A DNA stretch of 64,000 nucleotides, taken from contig JBBRUX010000017.1 of the NCBI GenBank assembly GCA_038247415.1, positions 1-64,000 of the forward strand. The letters are read 5' to 3'. Within the stretch, counting starts at the first letter, position 1. The number at the start of each line of letters is the position of its first letter. Of this stretch, positions 9,728 through 19,994 are shown piece after piece. Under the pieces are notes generated by a model that worked only from the letters and a program-made list of their open reading frames with translations, did no database searches and was not told the DNA's origin. Position numbers and translations under genes: made by a program. This DNA comes from Chitinivibrionales bacterium. Its GTDB lineage: Bacteria > Fibrobacterota > Chitinivibrionia > Chitinivibrionales > WJKA01.

Positions 9728-12391
9728 ATGATGACCTCACCACGAAATAACACCAGTGCTTTTTTTGTGTGGCTTTGTATGGCAATCATGGTTTTTGGAT
9801 GTGCCTCTACAGCAGTATCGCAAACTAGTCGTTGCGAATTTGGCTTTACTGGATGCTTAAGCGACTTTAATGGTAAAACACTTGTGGTGTCGGATGATAT
9901 TGTAGCGCTTACTGCGAAGGTGAAGTCGTGTACGCCAACTAAGACAACGGGGGATACGAGTTCGCCACCTGCAGTGATGTTTGTTATCGACCATTCCGGA
10001 AGCATGAGTTGGGCAGCCAACCCTAATGATCGCAATGGTGCTCGATTTATTGTTGCAAGTGGATTGGTTGATTCAATTTATAAGGTTTCGCCTGCTGCTG
10101 AAGTCGGTCTTGTTGTATTTAGAGAAATGCTCTATTTTGATACGTCAAAAACAAACCCAGATTTTTTTTACAGGAAGTTTTTTATTCCGCTCAATAATGC
10201 GCCTTCGCCGATAAGTCAATCGTACCTAATGCTCCTTAAATTGGACAGTACTTATGCGACATCATTGGGCAATAAGTTAGGACTAGATATTGTCAAGGAG
10301 GTGCTTAAAACCAAAATTACTAATTCAAATGGAGCATCGTATACGGATTTGATTTACAAACCAAGCTTTACTACTGCTGGCGGTACCAATATAACGGTTG
10401 CTTTTGACGCAGCCAAACAAGGTTTTAAACAAACAACAATCAAAAAAGAAAGACAATTTATTGTATTTATATCAGATGGTGAAGCGAAAGCCCCGTCTGA
10501 TAATAATGAGCGCCTAAGATTTCTCAAAGGGGATACTACCCCAACAACGTACACAGTCTTTTTCTCGCCCGATTCAACTCCGTCTGACACCTTAAAGATT
10601 ATGACTCAAAATATTCGTACTAATGGCTACAGCACTACAAATGATTCAAGCAAGATATTTGCTCTTAAAGTTACCGATACCAAATCTCTTATGATTCTCA
10701 TGATGAATTCAATCATGAAAACGGTACTTTCTGTATCCTATGGCAAAGCAAACCAGATGCAAATCAATACCATAATTTCGTCAACAACTCAGGATAGTTT
10801 CTTTCTATTTCAGAACCGGTATCCGCTCAATGCAGATACAACACGGCTCAAGTTTCTGGTTAATTACTCCTATTTCGACTCAACCCGCATGAAACAGATA
10901 GACACCTTTGCAACAACAAATATTCTTGTGAAGCGTCAACCAGGCGCAGCGCTTGATCCCGGCATTTCTAAAAGCTGTTGGGGTCTTCCTACCCTCGACA
11001 TTTATTATCGGGATCAGCCCATTGTAGGGCCAATATACGAAACAATGGACACTCTCGAATACCGGTTCTCTTCGGGTTTATCAACTCTGAATGCTGCTTC
11101 GCTAATAGTAACTACTCAGGTAAGTCAGGATACCGAAAATGTTGGCCTCGTTAAAAATGGATCGTATTGGTCAATCGTCATGCCTCGTTCAATAAATTCA
11201 TTTTCTACCAAGGGCGATAAAAAGATTCAGAATGCGATGACCGATAGCATTGTTTGCGTTTATCGGAATCCTCTCTTGCCGCTTGATACAATACGTATTG
11301 CAAAACCATTTCGAATCTCTAAAGCAATTCATATTCAAAATGCAACGATATTCGATAAAAATGCTGATGGTTATTTTGATAGTATCTTTGTGTCAATGTC
11401 TGGAATCTTTGATGCCGCGGATATCGACCGTGTGAAATCAGGAATTCAGCTTCCGGCTGGACTTGGACTCACTTTAAAAACGTTGACAATAAGTGGTAAT
11501 GGTCTAGGGCTTTCGGTACGTGCTGCACAACGAAACACCAAGGTTTCAATCTCCGATAAGATTGCATTTTCTGGCTTTGGAGATCCGCTACCCCATGGGG
11601 GGCTTCTTATTGATACAAGCGTAACGCTCATAGATAAAGCTGCGCCGGTAATACTGCGTGCACGCGTTCTTGACGATGGATCGGTAGGGGATACTTTGGT
11701 TATTGTGTTTACCGAAAAAACCAATGGCTCATTTACGGCCGAACCATTTAAATTTATGGATACCTCAAAGACTTTGTATTCCGTATTTATTTCGTCTGCG
11801 TCGGGAACCGATTCTTGCAGATTCGTTATACAGTCGATTTCTCAGGGCAAAATAAACATCCAAAGAGGGGATTCCATTTGGATTAATCCAGCGGGCGCTG
11901 TAACCGATACGGCTGGTGTTATTCAAATAAATCCTGACAATCGAAAAGTTGTGCTGACTGTGGATCTCAAACCTTATTCGGTAAGAATACAGACAAGCAA
12001 TAATCCCTTTAATGCAAATGCTATCGAAACACCAATCTTTGTCAAGGATGTTATTGATCGCATCAAGCAGGCCGATCCGTCCGTTATCGTACCTCGAAAT
12101 GGTATTGCACTGCGTGTGGCGCCAGATTCTGCCAAGGTAGATCCTGTAACACTGCGAAACATAACTCGGCTTGAGGGGTATGTGTCGATATTTGATGTAG
12201 TTCAAAACGTAATTCTTAAGAAAACTAAATGTACTTTTGTTGCAGATCGCAAAGAGCTCTTATATGTATGGGATGGTCGCAATACACAAGGGCGTCTTGT
12301 AGCAAACGGAACATATTATGCGGTACTTGAGGTGTCGGGAGATCAGGGATATAAAACCCGTCAGATCAAGGCATTGGGAATCAAACGATAA
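9728..12391 (+). CDS. Secreted vWA-domain protein with C-terminal FlgD-Ig-like/CTD domain
   Basis: GGAGG RBS before 9728, signal peptide, MIDAS FVIDHSGSM..GGTN..ISDGE, and C-terminal WDGRNTQGRLVANGTY. Confidence 0.8.
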   Translation: MMTSPRNNTSAFFVWLCMAIMVFGCASTAVSQTSRCEFGFTGCLSDFNGKTLVVSDDIVALTAKVKSCTPTKTTGDTSSPPAVMFVIDHSGSMSWAANPNDRNGARFIVASGLVDSIYKVSPAAEVGLVVFREMLYFDTSKTNPDFFYRKFFIPLNNAPSPISQSYLMLLKLDSTYATSLGNKLGLDIVKEVLKTKITNSNGASYTDLIYKPSFTTAGGTNITVAFDAAKQGFKQTTIKKERQFIVFISDGEAKAPSDNNERLRFLKGDTTPTTYTVFFSPDSTPSDTLKIMTQNIRTNGYSTTNDSSKIFALKVTDTKSLMILMMNSIMKTVLSVSYGKANQMQINTIISSTTQDSFFLFQNRYPLNADTTRLKFLVNYSYFDSTRMKQIDTFATTNILVKRQPGAALDPGISKSCWGLPTLDIYYRDQPIVGPIYETMDTLEYRFSSGLSTLNAASLIVTTQVSQDTENVGLVKNGSYWSIVMPRSINSFSTKGDKKIQNAMTDSIVCVYRNPLLPLDTIRIAKPFRISKAIHIQNATIFDKNADGYFDSIFVSMSGIFDAADIDRVKSGIQLPAGLGLTLKTLTISGNGLGLSVRAAQRNTKVSISDKIAFSGFGDPLPHGGLLIDTSVTLIDKAAPVILRARVLDDGSVGDTLVIVFTEKTNGSFTAEPFKFMDTSKTLYSVFISSASGTDSCRFVIQSISQGKINIQRGDSIWINPAGAVTDTAGVIQINPDNRKVVLTVDLKPYSVRIQTSNNPFNANAIETPIFVKDVIDRIKQADPSVIVPRNGIALRVAPDSAKVDPVTLRNITRLEGYVSIFDVVQNVILKKTKCTFVADRKELLYVWDGRNTQGRLVANGTYYAVLEVSGDQGYKTRQIKALGIKR

Positions 12392-12452
12392 GTGGATTGA
12401 CACACTCAGAAAAGTGTAGGTACTTTGAAAACTGGATTGGGGTGTTAGATTA

Positions 12453-14786
12453 ATGAAGAGATATAGTAAATCAACAACGTGGGTCTCTAAGGCTATCCAA
12501 AAAGCATGCGTAATGCTAATGCTTGTGTACACTATCCTGTGTACTAATGGGTTTGCAGCGGGTACTCCGGGCGAGGTTCTACTCTCCGATCAGTGGCGAA
12601 GTTTGTACGCCTATTATTCGCCTCTTACCAATCCGGCATTCATGACCGAGCGCATGTATACGGAGGCTCGCTTTGTAGCATACTTACCGCATGAGGCCAT
12701 GGGCACTGTATTTGAAGCCGGGCTTATTGTTCCTCTTGGTCTTTATCAATCGGCTGGTGGTACGTGGGTTGGTCAACAAGATGCGAAAGTTGTCGATGAT
12801 ATTTTTCAAACGAGTCATCAGTTTTCATCAAATAACTTCACATTGTCATATGCGATTAATCCGTGGGATCGTTTAAGTTTTGGTGCAAATATTAATATTT
12901 CCCAACAAAATATATTCGATTCAACAGGAACCTACGGCTACGGTATCGATGGCGGACTAAGTTATCATTTACTTAACCCATTTTGGGGGAAGAATGTTTT
13001 TGGGATAACCTACCTTAATTTACTTGGGCAACAACAGGCATTTGTAACCACTATTTCCAAATCTGACCCGCTCTACATTCCACAGGAATCTGGTTTTGCT
13101 TCTCAGCTCAAAATTTTTCATCATATCGAGGTTAAGGAAGGTGTTTTCGAAAACAATATTCAATTCTCTCTTACCGATTTTACTGCCCCTGCAGCAGTTT
13201 TTAAAAATGGGGCAAAATCCCCATGGGCTTTGGCTGAACATGTCATATTTCGATTCGCTCGAATTTTTTCGTTTCATGCAATTGCTGGATTAGAAAATGC
13301 TGCTTTTTCGTATGCTGGTGTTGGTCTCGGATTTAATTTTCCAACGCTTTCTGATGGACGCGACCTTGAAGCCATGTATCAATTTCGCAATGCTGCCAAT
13401 ACAGAGCTTGCTCAATCCAGCTCTATTTATGCGCGCGCTCAAATGGGACCACATCGAGAAGAAGTGTATGCGCACCGCATGGCTTCGCAAATGGATGCAA
13501 CGCCGGCCGACCTTTACAACAAGGCATTGACTTTGTATAGCGCACAAAAATATTGGGATGCCTTTTTTATATTTAATCGTATTATTCGTCAATTTCCAGA
13601 TTTCTTTAAAAACGATTGGGTGAGCTACTATTCTCATAGCTGTCAAGAAAAACTCGACATGAGGAAAATTGCTTCGGCGGGCTATGCAGAAGTAATCAAT
13701 GGCTATCAAAGCAGTACGGTTATGCCCTATGCAGCACTAGGTGCGCTACGAATTGCGTATCGGGAAGGTGATAACGAAGCAATAGACAATCAGTTTAAGA
13801 CGCTCTTCCAGATTACCGTTCCGGATAGTTTGCGATTTCATGCTGCCTACATCATGGGTCAAACCTATATGAATCAGCAGTATTATTCTCGCGCAGTTCA
13901 AATGTTCATGCTTATTCCTCCACAACATCCAGTGTTCCTTTTTGCGCAGCATTCGATGGCCGTTGCAGCAATGAACAATGGAAATAAAGAGGAGGCACGG
14001 CGATCCTTGGAAAACTGCGCTGGACATCTTAATGAGCCCGGTCAAACGATCGATCAAAAAGAGATAATTAACCGGTCACTGGTATTGCTTGGATATCTTT
14101 TTTACGAAAATGGATTCATGAGCAAGGCTGTTACGGCACTACGGCTTGTTCCTATTACGAGCTATTACTATGAAGATGCATTGCTTGGGCTCGGTTGGGC
14201 TGCGCTTAAATCTGCTCAGTGGACCGATTGCGTTGCTGCCGCAAAATCTTTGCAGCGGGTATCTCAGCGTCCACTGGTGATTGCTGATGGCATTTTGCTT
14301 GAGGCATACTCGGCCTCGGTCAATAACGACTGGGTTAATTCTGTTGCCCTGCTGCGTAATGGCCAAAAGCTTCTTGAAACTGCAAATATGCCCAGTGATG
14401 ATTCACTTGCTGCAAAGAGAAGAACCTACGTTGATGACCGGTTTACCTATGATAAGTTTAGCAGGGATGTATTAGACGTGTCTCGCGCTTCGGTGACAAG
14501 CACTAGTCCGGCTCTAATCGATAGCTTGCATCAGGCTCAAATTGAAATGAAAAAAACACTTTCTAAATTTACAACCTACGCCGATGAATTTGAACGTACA
14601 CGTCTTTTTAATCGCACTCTTGCCGATGTAAAGCAAGATATTAACTATGCCCTCATAATTGCCGAAAGAAAAACGTCAACAACAAAGAGCGATAAAGAAG
14701 GTGATGCCACAGCTAAAGAGCAGCAGAATGTAGATAAAGAGATCGAAAAAGTGCAGAAGCAGATGCAAGATCTTAAGAGTAAATAA
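12453..14786 (+). CDS. Outer-membrane beta-barrel (PorV/FadL-like) fused to TPR repeats and a coiled-coil tail
   Basis: Signal peptide, NPAF motif, amphipathic strands (LSYA, LSFGANI, YGIDGGLSY), then TPR helices. Confidence 0.55.
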   Translation: MKRYSKSTTWVSKAIQKACVMLMLVYTILCTNGFAAGTPGEVLLSDQWRSLYAYYSPLTNPAFMTERMYTEARFVAYLPHEAMGTVFEAGLIVPLGLYQSAGGTWVGQQDAKVVDDIFQTSHQFSSNNFTLSYAINPWDRLSFGANINISQQNIFDSTGTYGYGIDGGLSYHLLNPFWGKNVFGITYLNLLGQQQAFVTTISKSDPLYIPQESGFASQLKIFHHIEVKEGVFENNIQFSLTDFTAPAAVFKNGAKSPWALAEHVIFRFARIFSFHAIAGLENAAFSYAGVGLGFNFPTLSDGRDLEAMYQFRNAANTELAQSSSIYARAQMGPHREEVYAHRMASQMDATPADLYNKALTLYSAQKYWDAFFIFNRIIRQFPDFFKNDWVSYYSHSCQEKLDMRKIASAGYAEVINGYQSSTVMPYAALGALRIAYREGDNEAIDNQFKTLFQITVPDSLRFHAAYIMGQTYMNQQYYSRAVQMFMLIPPQHPVFLFAQHSMAVAAMNNGNKEEARRSLENCAGHLNEPGQTIDQKEIINRSLVLLGYLFYENGFMSKAVTALRLVPITSYYYEDALLGLGWAALKSAQWTDCVAAAKSLQRVSQRPLVIADGILLEAYSASVNNDWVNSVALLRNGQKLLETANMPSDDSLAAKRRTYVDDRFTYDKFSRDVLDVSRASVTSTSPALIDSLHQAQIEMKKTLSKFTTYADEFERTRLFNRTLADVKQDINYALIIAERKTSTTKSDKEGDATAKEQQNVDKEIEKVQKQMQDLKSK

Positions 14787-14858
14787 CGAGATAGGTCTCT
14801 GGGATCGATTCTCGCTTTGAACGGCGTGCGGGATACTAATGCATGCAAGATTATTACG

Positions 14859-15979
14859 CTAGAGCTGGAATTTGTTCATTGAGCTATTGAGGCTTTCAGA
14901 AAGAGATCGAAGCGCGACAGCATTCTCAGATGTATAGGATGCATCTTTTCGGGTACTTTCTACAACTGTTTCGATATTGCTTATGGTTGTAAGGACTTGC
15001 ATACTTTTCTGAGACATTTCCGTAAGTCCAGTTGCCAAGGCGCTTGCAGAGTCGCTGGCGCGTTGCACCGAAGAATTAATTTCGCCTATTGTAGCAGATT
15101 GTTCTTCAATTGCCGATGAATTCGTTCGAGAAATAGATGCAAATTGGTCTATTGAATTGCGAATTGAATCTACCCCGCTCACAGCCATTTTAACCTGATT
15201 TTGCATTGCACTAATCTTCTGCTGAATTTGTTTTGCTGCGTCGGTGCTTTGGGTTGCCAATGCTTTAACCTCTGCTGCAACAACAGCAAATCCTCTTCCC
15301 GCCTCTCCAGCCGATGTCGCTTCGATAGTTGCATTGAGTGATAGAAGTCGTGTTTTGCTTGCTATTTCATTCATGAGCTTTAAAATCGACCCAATTTCAT
15401 GAGATGCTATCTCAAGTTTTGCCATATTGTCGGTAACCGCTGCAACGCTATTTGCACTTTCTTGGGCCATGTGTGCTTCGGTAACGCAGTTTTGTGCGAT
15501 TTCGGAGATGCTTTTTTTCATTTCGTCGAGTGCATTTGAAAAGGAGGTGGTCATCTGTGAGACCTGCTGCGCTTCTGAGGTTAATGTCAGCGCAAGTTCG
15601 TGCGCATCGTTGCCCGCCGAAGAAATAATGCCGGTTCCTGACGAAAGGGTATGCGCATCGGTAGTTAGCTGGGCCGAGATGCTTTGCATTGAGTCTGCTG
15701 ATTTGTCTTAAGATCTGCTCCGGCTTTTTCGGGTGATAATCCAGCAAATGCGAGTGAAACTGCCTTAAATAAGGAGGCTTGCGTTTGTCCGAGCGTAAAG
15801 GTAACTTCTGCCAGATCGCGTGATTCAAGAAGTGCTTGCTGATACTCTTTTTGAAGAGTCTGCTGCCCTATAACACGGACGATCATTACACAACCACTTG
15901 CGATAAGCACTGTGGTAATGATAATAGACGGCATTACAAGTTTGATCAGAAGCTTTTGTTTTAAATACCATTTATACAT
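14859..15979 (-). pseudogene. Methyl-accepting chemotaxis protein, split and internally deleted
   Basis: 15665-15979 encodes TM1 plus the start of a sensor domain. 14859-15689, in another frame, encodes the signalling domain (LLSLNATIEATSAGEAGRGFAVVAAEVK). TM2 and HAMP are missing. Confidence 0.7.
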
Positions 15980-15981
15980 AC

Positions 15982-16449
15982 TTATTTTTTTTCGCTATAA
16001 ATACCGCATGCGACAAACATATCCTTGCCCGGAACCCTCGTAAAGAATGAAGTTTTTGGCTCAATTTTTTTAGATTCTGGATTTTGGAAGAGATAATCTA
16101 CTGAACCAGTTCCTTTTGTTTTAGCGAGATTTACCATTTCTTCGATATATTTTTTCCCATTTACATCTGCTACATCGATGCGATTTTTCCCAACGAGCTT
16201 TGGCTTTTGCCCGTGTGCCAAACATACACCACTAAAATCGTAGACGAATACATAGAGCTCGCCCTTAACAAATTCGCCGGTGGTATCCATGAAAGCAGGA
16301 AAAGCTTTTTCAACACCGTTTGTTTTTATATAGGTTATTGCTTTCGAAATCATCGCGGTTGCATCATCTTTAGTTGGGGCTGTTGCAAAAATCAGTGCGC
16401 TCGAAGCTAAAATGATGCTACCAACTGCTGCCTGCTTTAAAAAAGACAT
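15982..16449 (-). CDS. Stand-alone periplasmic single Cache domain protein
   Basis: GGAGG RBS before ATG 16449, signal peptide, and YVFVYD..G..LAHG..P.LVGKN..D..D.NGK motif. Confidence 0.9.
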   Translation of the reverse strand: MSFLKQAAVGSIILASSALIFATAPTKDDATAMISKAITYIKTNGVEKAFPAFMDTTGEFVKGELYVFVYDFSGVCLAHGQKPKLVGKNRIDVADVNGKKYIEEMVNLAKTKGTGSVDYLFQNPESKKIEPKTSFFTRVPGKDMFVACGIYSEKK

Positions 16450-16712
16450 AGAAAACCTCCCGGAATAAAGAAAAAGTAAAGAATTCAAAGCCTAAATTAT
16501 TTTTTACCTATGTATATGAAGCTTCCAGATAAAGAACAAAAAGTTATTATACCATAAGAAACTATCGTACTGCAACAAATATGGTTTGGAGCAATCGCCC
16601 CAAAAAGAGCTCGTAACCTATCTCGGTTGCCCAATATTGAAGAAAGCAAAGGCAAAACGTATATTTTCTATCCCTTATTTTTACTAATATATCAGAGAAA
16701 GAGCTCTCTACT

Positions 16713-17009
16713 ATGACTCCAGAGATGCTGAGTTACATTGATCGACGCAAGGCGATTGTACAAAAATTCAAAGAAGAGCTCATTAAAAGGCTTAATTTGC
16801 CGTATACTCCGGCAGATCTCCACGAAGATGTATCGCTTCTGGGGGCGGGGCTTGGGCTCGATTCCCTAGACGCTCTCGAAATTGTATTATGTGTTGAAAG
16901 TTGTTTCGGGGTAAAAATCCCCGACCAAAATATCTCTATTTTGCGTTCCATCAACACTATTGTCGATTTTGTGATAGAAACGCAAGATGCCAAAGGAGGT
17001 ACCCAATGA
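16713..17009 (+). CDS. Acyl carrier protein
   Basis: GLGLDSLDALEI phosphopantetheine site. Confidence 0.92.
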   Translation: MTPEMLSYIDRRKAIVQKFKEELIKRLNLPYTPADLHEDVSLLGAGLGLDSLDALEIVLCVESCFGVKIPDQNISILRSINTIVDFVIETQDAKGGTQ

Positions 17010-18115
17010 GAGTCTCGCTCTTACACGAAATGTTGGCACACAAAGGGGCAACATGTGAGAACCGGTATGGGGTCGAAATCGTTTCGAAGTTTACCGAGTT
17101 GTCAACCGAATATCATTTTGTTCGCGATACCATAGGGCTTACCGATTTTTCTCATATGCAGCGGTATTCTATACCCGAGGCAACTGCTGTAGATTTTTTT
17201 GATACGCTCGTGGCTGGAGCAGTGATTCGTACCCGATTTGGAAGAATGCTCCATACTTTTATAGCCGATGAGTCCGGTACTATACTTGCAGATTGTTTTG
17301 TGGCAAATAATGATGATGAATATATTCTTTTATGCGAAAGTATTGTCGATGATGTCGCAATGGCAGAGATTATGCATAAGCATGGGGGAGCACAGGAGGG
17401 GTTAGTCGATCTTTCTGCTGATACGGTATTGCTGAGTCTTGATGGCTTTTCTGCCTGGAAAGTTGTCAAGGAATTATTTGGTACCGATGTTCTTGGATTG
17501 CCCTACCTTTCGGTTGAAAATTATACTTACGAGAACGAAAAAATCCGTTTGTTTCGCACGGGGAAGACATCTGAATTTGGCTATCTTCTTATGGCCCCAA
17601 AAGCTATTGCAATAAAACTAACCGAGCATATTCTTGCCGAAGTCGAAAAGCATAAAGGCGGATTGTGTGGCTTGACTGTGCACGATACGCTTCGCCTCGA
17701 AGGACGTTTTTTTAATATCTTTGCAGAGGGCGTACGAGTGGGCGATCCACTTGTTTTGGGGTTGCAATGGATGATCGATTTTGACAAGAGTGCCTTTATT
17801 GGACGTCAAGCTATCATCGATCGAAGAGAAAAAGGCTTGACAAAAAAAATTATTGGCATTAAATCTGCTGCAGCCTCCGATCGCTGTGCGGTATCAGATT
17901 CAGTATGGGATAATGAAAAAGAAGTTGCATCCGTTGTGGCAACCTGTTTTTCCGAAGTTCTTGATAGATGCGTAGGACTTGCGGTGTTTCCGGCCGACAT
18001 TGCCTATTCCGGATTATCGTTTCACTTAAAAAGCGTTTCGGGTCCTACACTACACACCATTTCAATGCCTCCAATTATGCCAAAAAGTTTATCTCTTAAA
18101 TTGGATGAAATGTAA
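17006..18115 (+). CDS. Aminomethyltransferase (GcvT-like) family protein
   Basis: ATGA overlap with the ACP gene. Motifs DFSHM, RTGKTSEFGY, DTLRLEG and FIGRQA. Confidence 0.85.
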   Translation: MRVSLLHEMLAHKGATCENRYGVEIVSKFTELSTEYHFVRDTIGLTDFSHMQRYSIPEATAVDFFDTLVAGAVIRTRFGRMLHTFIADESGTILADCFVANNDDEYILLCESIVDDVAMAEIMHKHGGAQEGLVDLSADTVLLSLDGFSAWKVVKELFGTDVLGLPYLSVENYTYENEKIRLFRTGKTSEFGYLLMAPKAIAIKLTEHILAEVEKHKGGLCGLTVHDTLRLEGRFFNIFAEGVRVGDPLVLGLQWMIDFDKSAFIGRQAIIDRREKGLTKKIIGIKSAAASDRCAVSDSVWDNEKEVASVVATCFSEVLDRCVGLAVFPADIAYSGLSFHLKSVSGPTLHTISMPPIMPKSLSLKLDEM

Positions 18116-18884
18116 CATGACTGTTGCTGTTCAGGATGTTGATTCCCGCGCACTCTCGGGCAAAATTGCACTTATTACAGGCGGATCTCGCGGGATTGGG
18201 GCAGCAATTGTAGAGCGTTTTTGTGCGCTTGGTGCAATAGTTTACTTTACGTATCGTCGTGATGCCGATGCTGCCACGGCATTGGCGAATAAGACTGGCG
18301 CACACGCATGTTGCTGCTCGCAAAATGACGACCCTGCTATCGAAGCGCTTATTGCCACACTCCTTGATGCGCATCAAAAAATTGATATTCTTGTCAATAA
18401 TGCGGGTATTACAGACGACCAATTTCTCATGCTCATGCCGCCATCTTCGTGGGACACGGTACTAGATACTAATTTAAATGGTGCCTTTCGTTTTTGTAAA
18501 CATACAAGTCGGCCTATGATTCAAAATAAGAGTGGCTGCATTATTAATATGTCGTCGGTTTCGGCCCTGGTTGGCATTGGAGGGCAAACTAATTACGCAG
18601 CATCTAAAGGTGCGCTTTTGGCGTTCACTCGTTCATTGGCTGCAGAACTTGGTCCACGCGGTATTAGAGTCAATGCAATTGTTCCAGGATTTATCGAAAC
18701 CGAAATGACCGCAAAAATGTCCCGTCAAATTAAGCAGCAGAATAAAGAACGAATAGTGCTTAAACGATTTGGGACTGCCTACGAAGTTGCTGATGTTGCT
18801 GTTTTTTTGGTTTCGGATGCTGCAACTTATATTGTCGGTCAATCCATTGTGGTTGATGGCGGACTTTCCTCGACCGTGATATGA
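18105..18884 (+). CDS. fabG: 3-oxoacyl-ACP reductase (FabG-like)
   Basis: Motifs TGGSRGIG, NNAG, YAASK and PGFIET. The start may be ATG 18117. Confidence 0.88.
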   Translation: MKCNMTVAVQDVDSRALSGKIALITGGSRGIGAAIVERFCALGAIVYFTYRRDADAATALANKTGAHACCCSQNDDPAIEALIATLLDAHQKIDILVNNAGITDDQFLMLMPPSSWDTVLDTNLNGAFRFCKHTSRPMIQNKSGCIINMSSVSALVGIGGQTNYAASKGALLAFTRSLAAELGPRGIRVNAIVPGFIETEMTAKMSRQIKQQNKERIVLKRFGTAYEVADVAVFLVSDAATYIVGQSIVVDGGLSSTVI

Positions 18885-19822
18885 CCTGTACCATAGCCGG
18901 ACTTTTTCCAGGACAAGGCGGTATTGCGGTAGGCGATGCTAAAGTCATTCTCGAAGCAAGCGAATATACCAGATTTCTTTTTGAAAAAGCCTCCCAGTAT
19001 TGCAATACCGATCTTGTAGAACTTTCTACGCACGGCCCCGAAAAAACACTCCTCCTTTCACGCACTGTTCAACCTGTTATTGTTGCGCTTTCATTAGGGT
19101 TGCTCTATGAATTTAGAGCTCACAAGGGGGAATTGTCGGTTGTTGTTGGTCATTCTTTAGGTGAGATTTCGGCACTTGCAGCAAGTGGCGTAATATCGGA
19201 CGATAAAGCTCTTGTGTATGCTATCGAGCGTGGAATTCGCATGGATGAAGCCGCTTCGACCTGTGGAGGAGGCGGGATGAGAGCTGTGGTTTTTACTCCT
19301 CTTGAGAACGTACGAAATCTTATTGCCGAACTTTTCGAAACCTACCCCATCTATTTAGCTAATGTAAACGCACCAGAACATTGCGTCGTATCAGGAACGC
19401 ACGAATCCCTTGCTGTTTTTGCAAAGCTCCTCAAAGAACGAGGCCTTGGTAAATGTCAACCTGTTAGGGTGCGTGGGCCGTGGCATACCCCCTTAATGAT
19501 ACAGGCACGGCAATCCTATGCCCGTTGGGTAGAACATGAAACATTTGCTGCTCCCCGCATTCCCCTTATCCTTAACGAAAACGGGAGCGTCTTGACAGAT
19601 GCTCATGAGATCAAGCAATCACATATTAATCAGTTAGTTAATCCCGTCCAGTGGCAAGCGTGCATGACAACGCTCATCGAATTAAATCCACTGATGCTTG
19701 TGGAGTTTGGTCCTGGGCGGATGCTTACAGGACTTGCTCGTGTCAATGGCTTTAAGCGAGGATCGGTTGTGGTATCGGGTGCAACAGTATCCTCGATTAT
19801 TGTTGCTTTAAACAATACGTAG
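18881..19822 (+). CDS. fabD: ACP S-malonyl/acyltransferase (FabD-like)
   Basis: Motifs FPGQG, GHSLGE, GPWHTP and EFGPG; ATGA overlap. Confidence 0.85.
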   Translation: MTCTIAGLFPGQGGIAVGDAKVILEASEYTRFLFEKASQYCNTDLVELSTHGPEKTLLLSRTVQPVIVALSLGLLYEFRAHKGELSVVVGHSLGEISALAASGVISDDKALVYAIERGIRMDEAASTCGGGGMRAVVFTPLENVRNLIAELFETYPIYLANVNAPEHCVVSGTHESLAVFAKLLKERGLGKCQPVRVRGPWHTPLMIQARQSYARWVEHETFAAPRIPLILNENGSVLTDAHEIKQSHINQLVNPVQWQACMTTLIELNPLMLVEFGPGRMLTGLARVNGFKRGSVVVSGATVSSIIVALNNT

Positions 19823-19994
19823 TGTCAAACGCTTGCATTGCTTTTTTCCTTCAACCAGTTTCTACGTTGCGGTTGCATGGATCATACAAAATCGCTATAT
19901 TACTTAGACGCTTCCCTGCTATAAAATTTTAGAACTGAAATAGCTTGTTACCTTATTTACTAGGTTTCTTTTGAGACCCAAGGGACTATTCTGC

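Noticed and set aside
16627..16635. TTGCCCAAT shared between the ACP-operon and cqsA-operon upstream regions
   Set aside because: A 9-mer can recur by chance in 64 kb, and it also occurs inside a CDS near 63521.
16901..18115. YgfZ or a true glycine-cleavage gcvT
   Set aside because: There is no KGCYxGQE motif, no gcvH/gcvP adjacent, and the folate loop is altered. The ORF-track start at 16901 overlaps the ACP; the real start is 17006.
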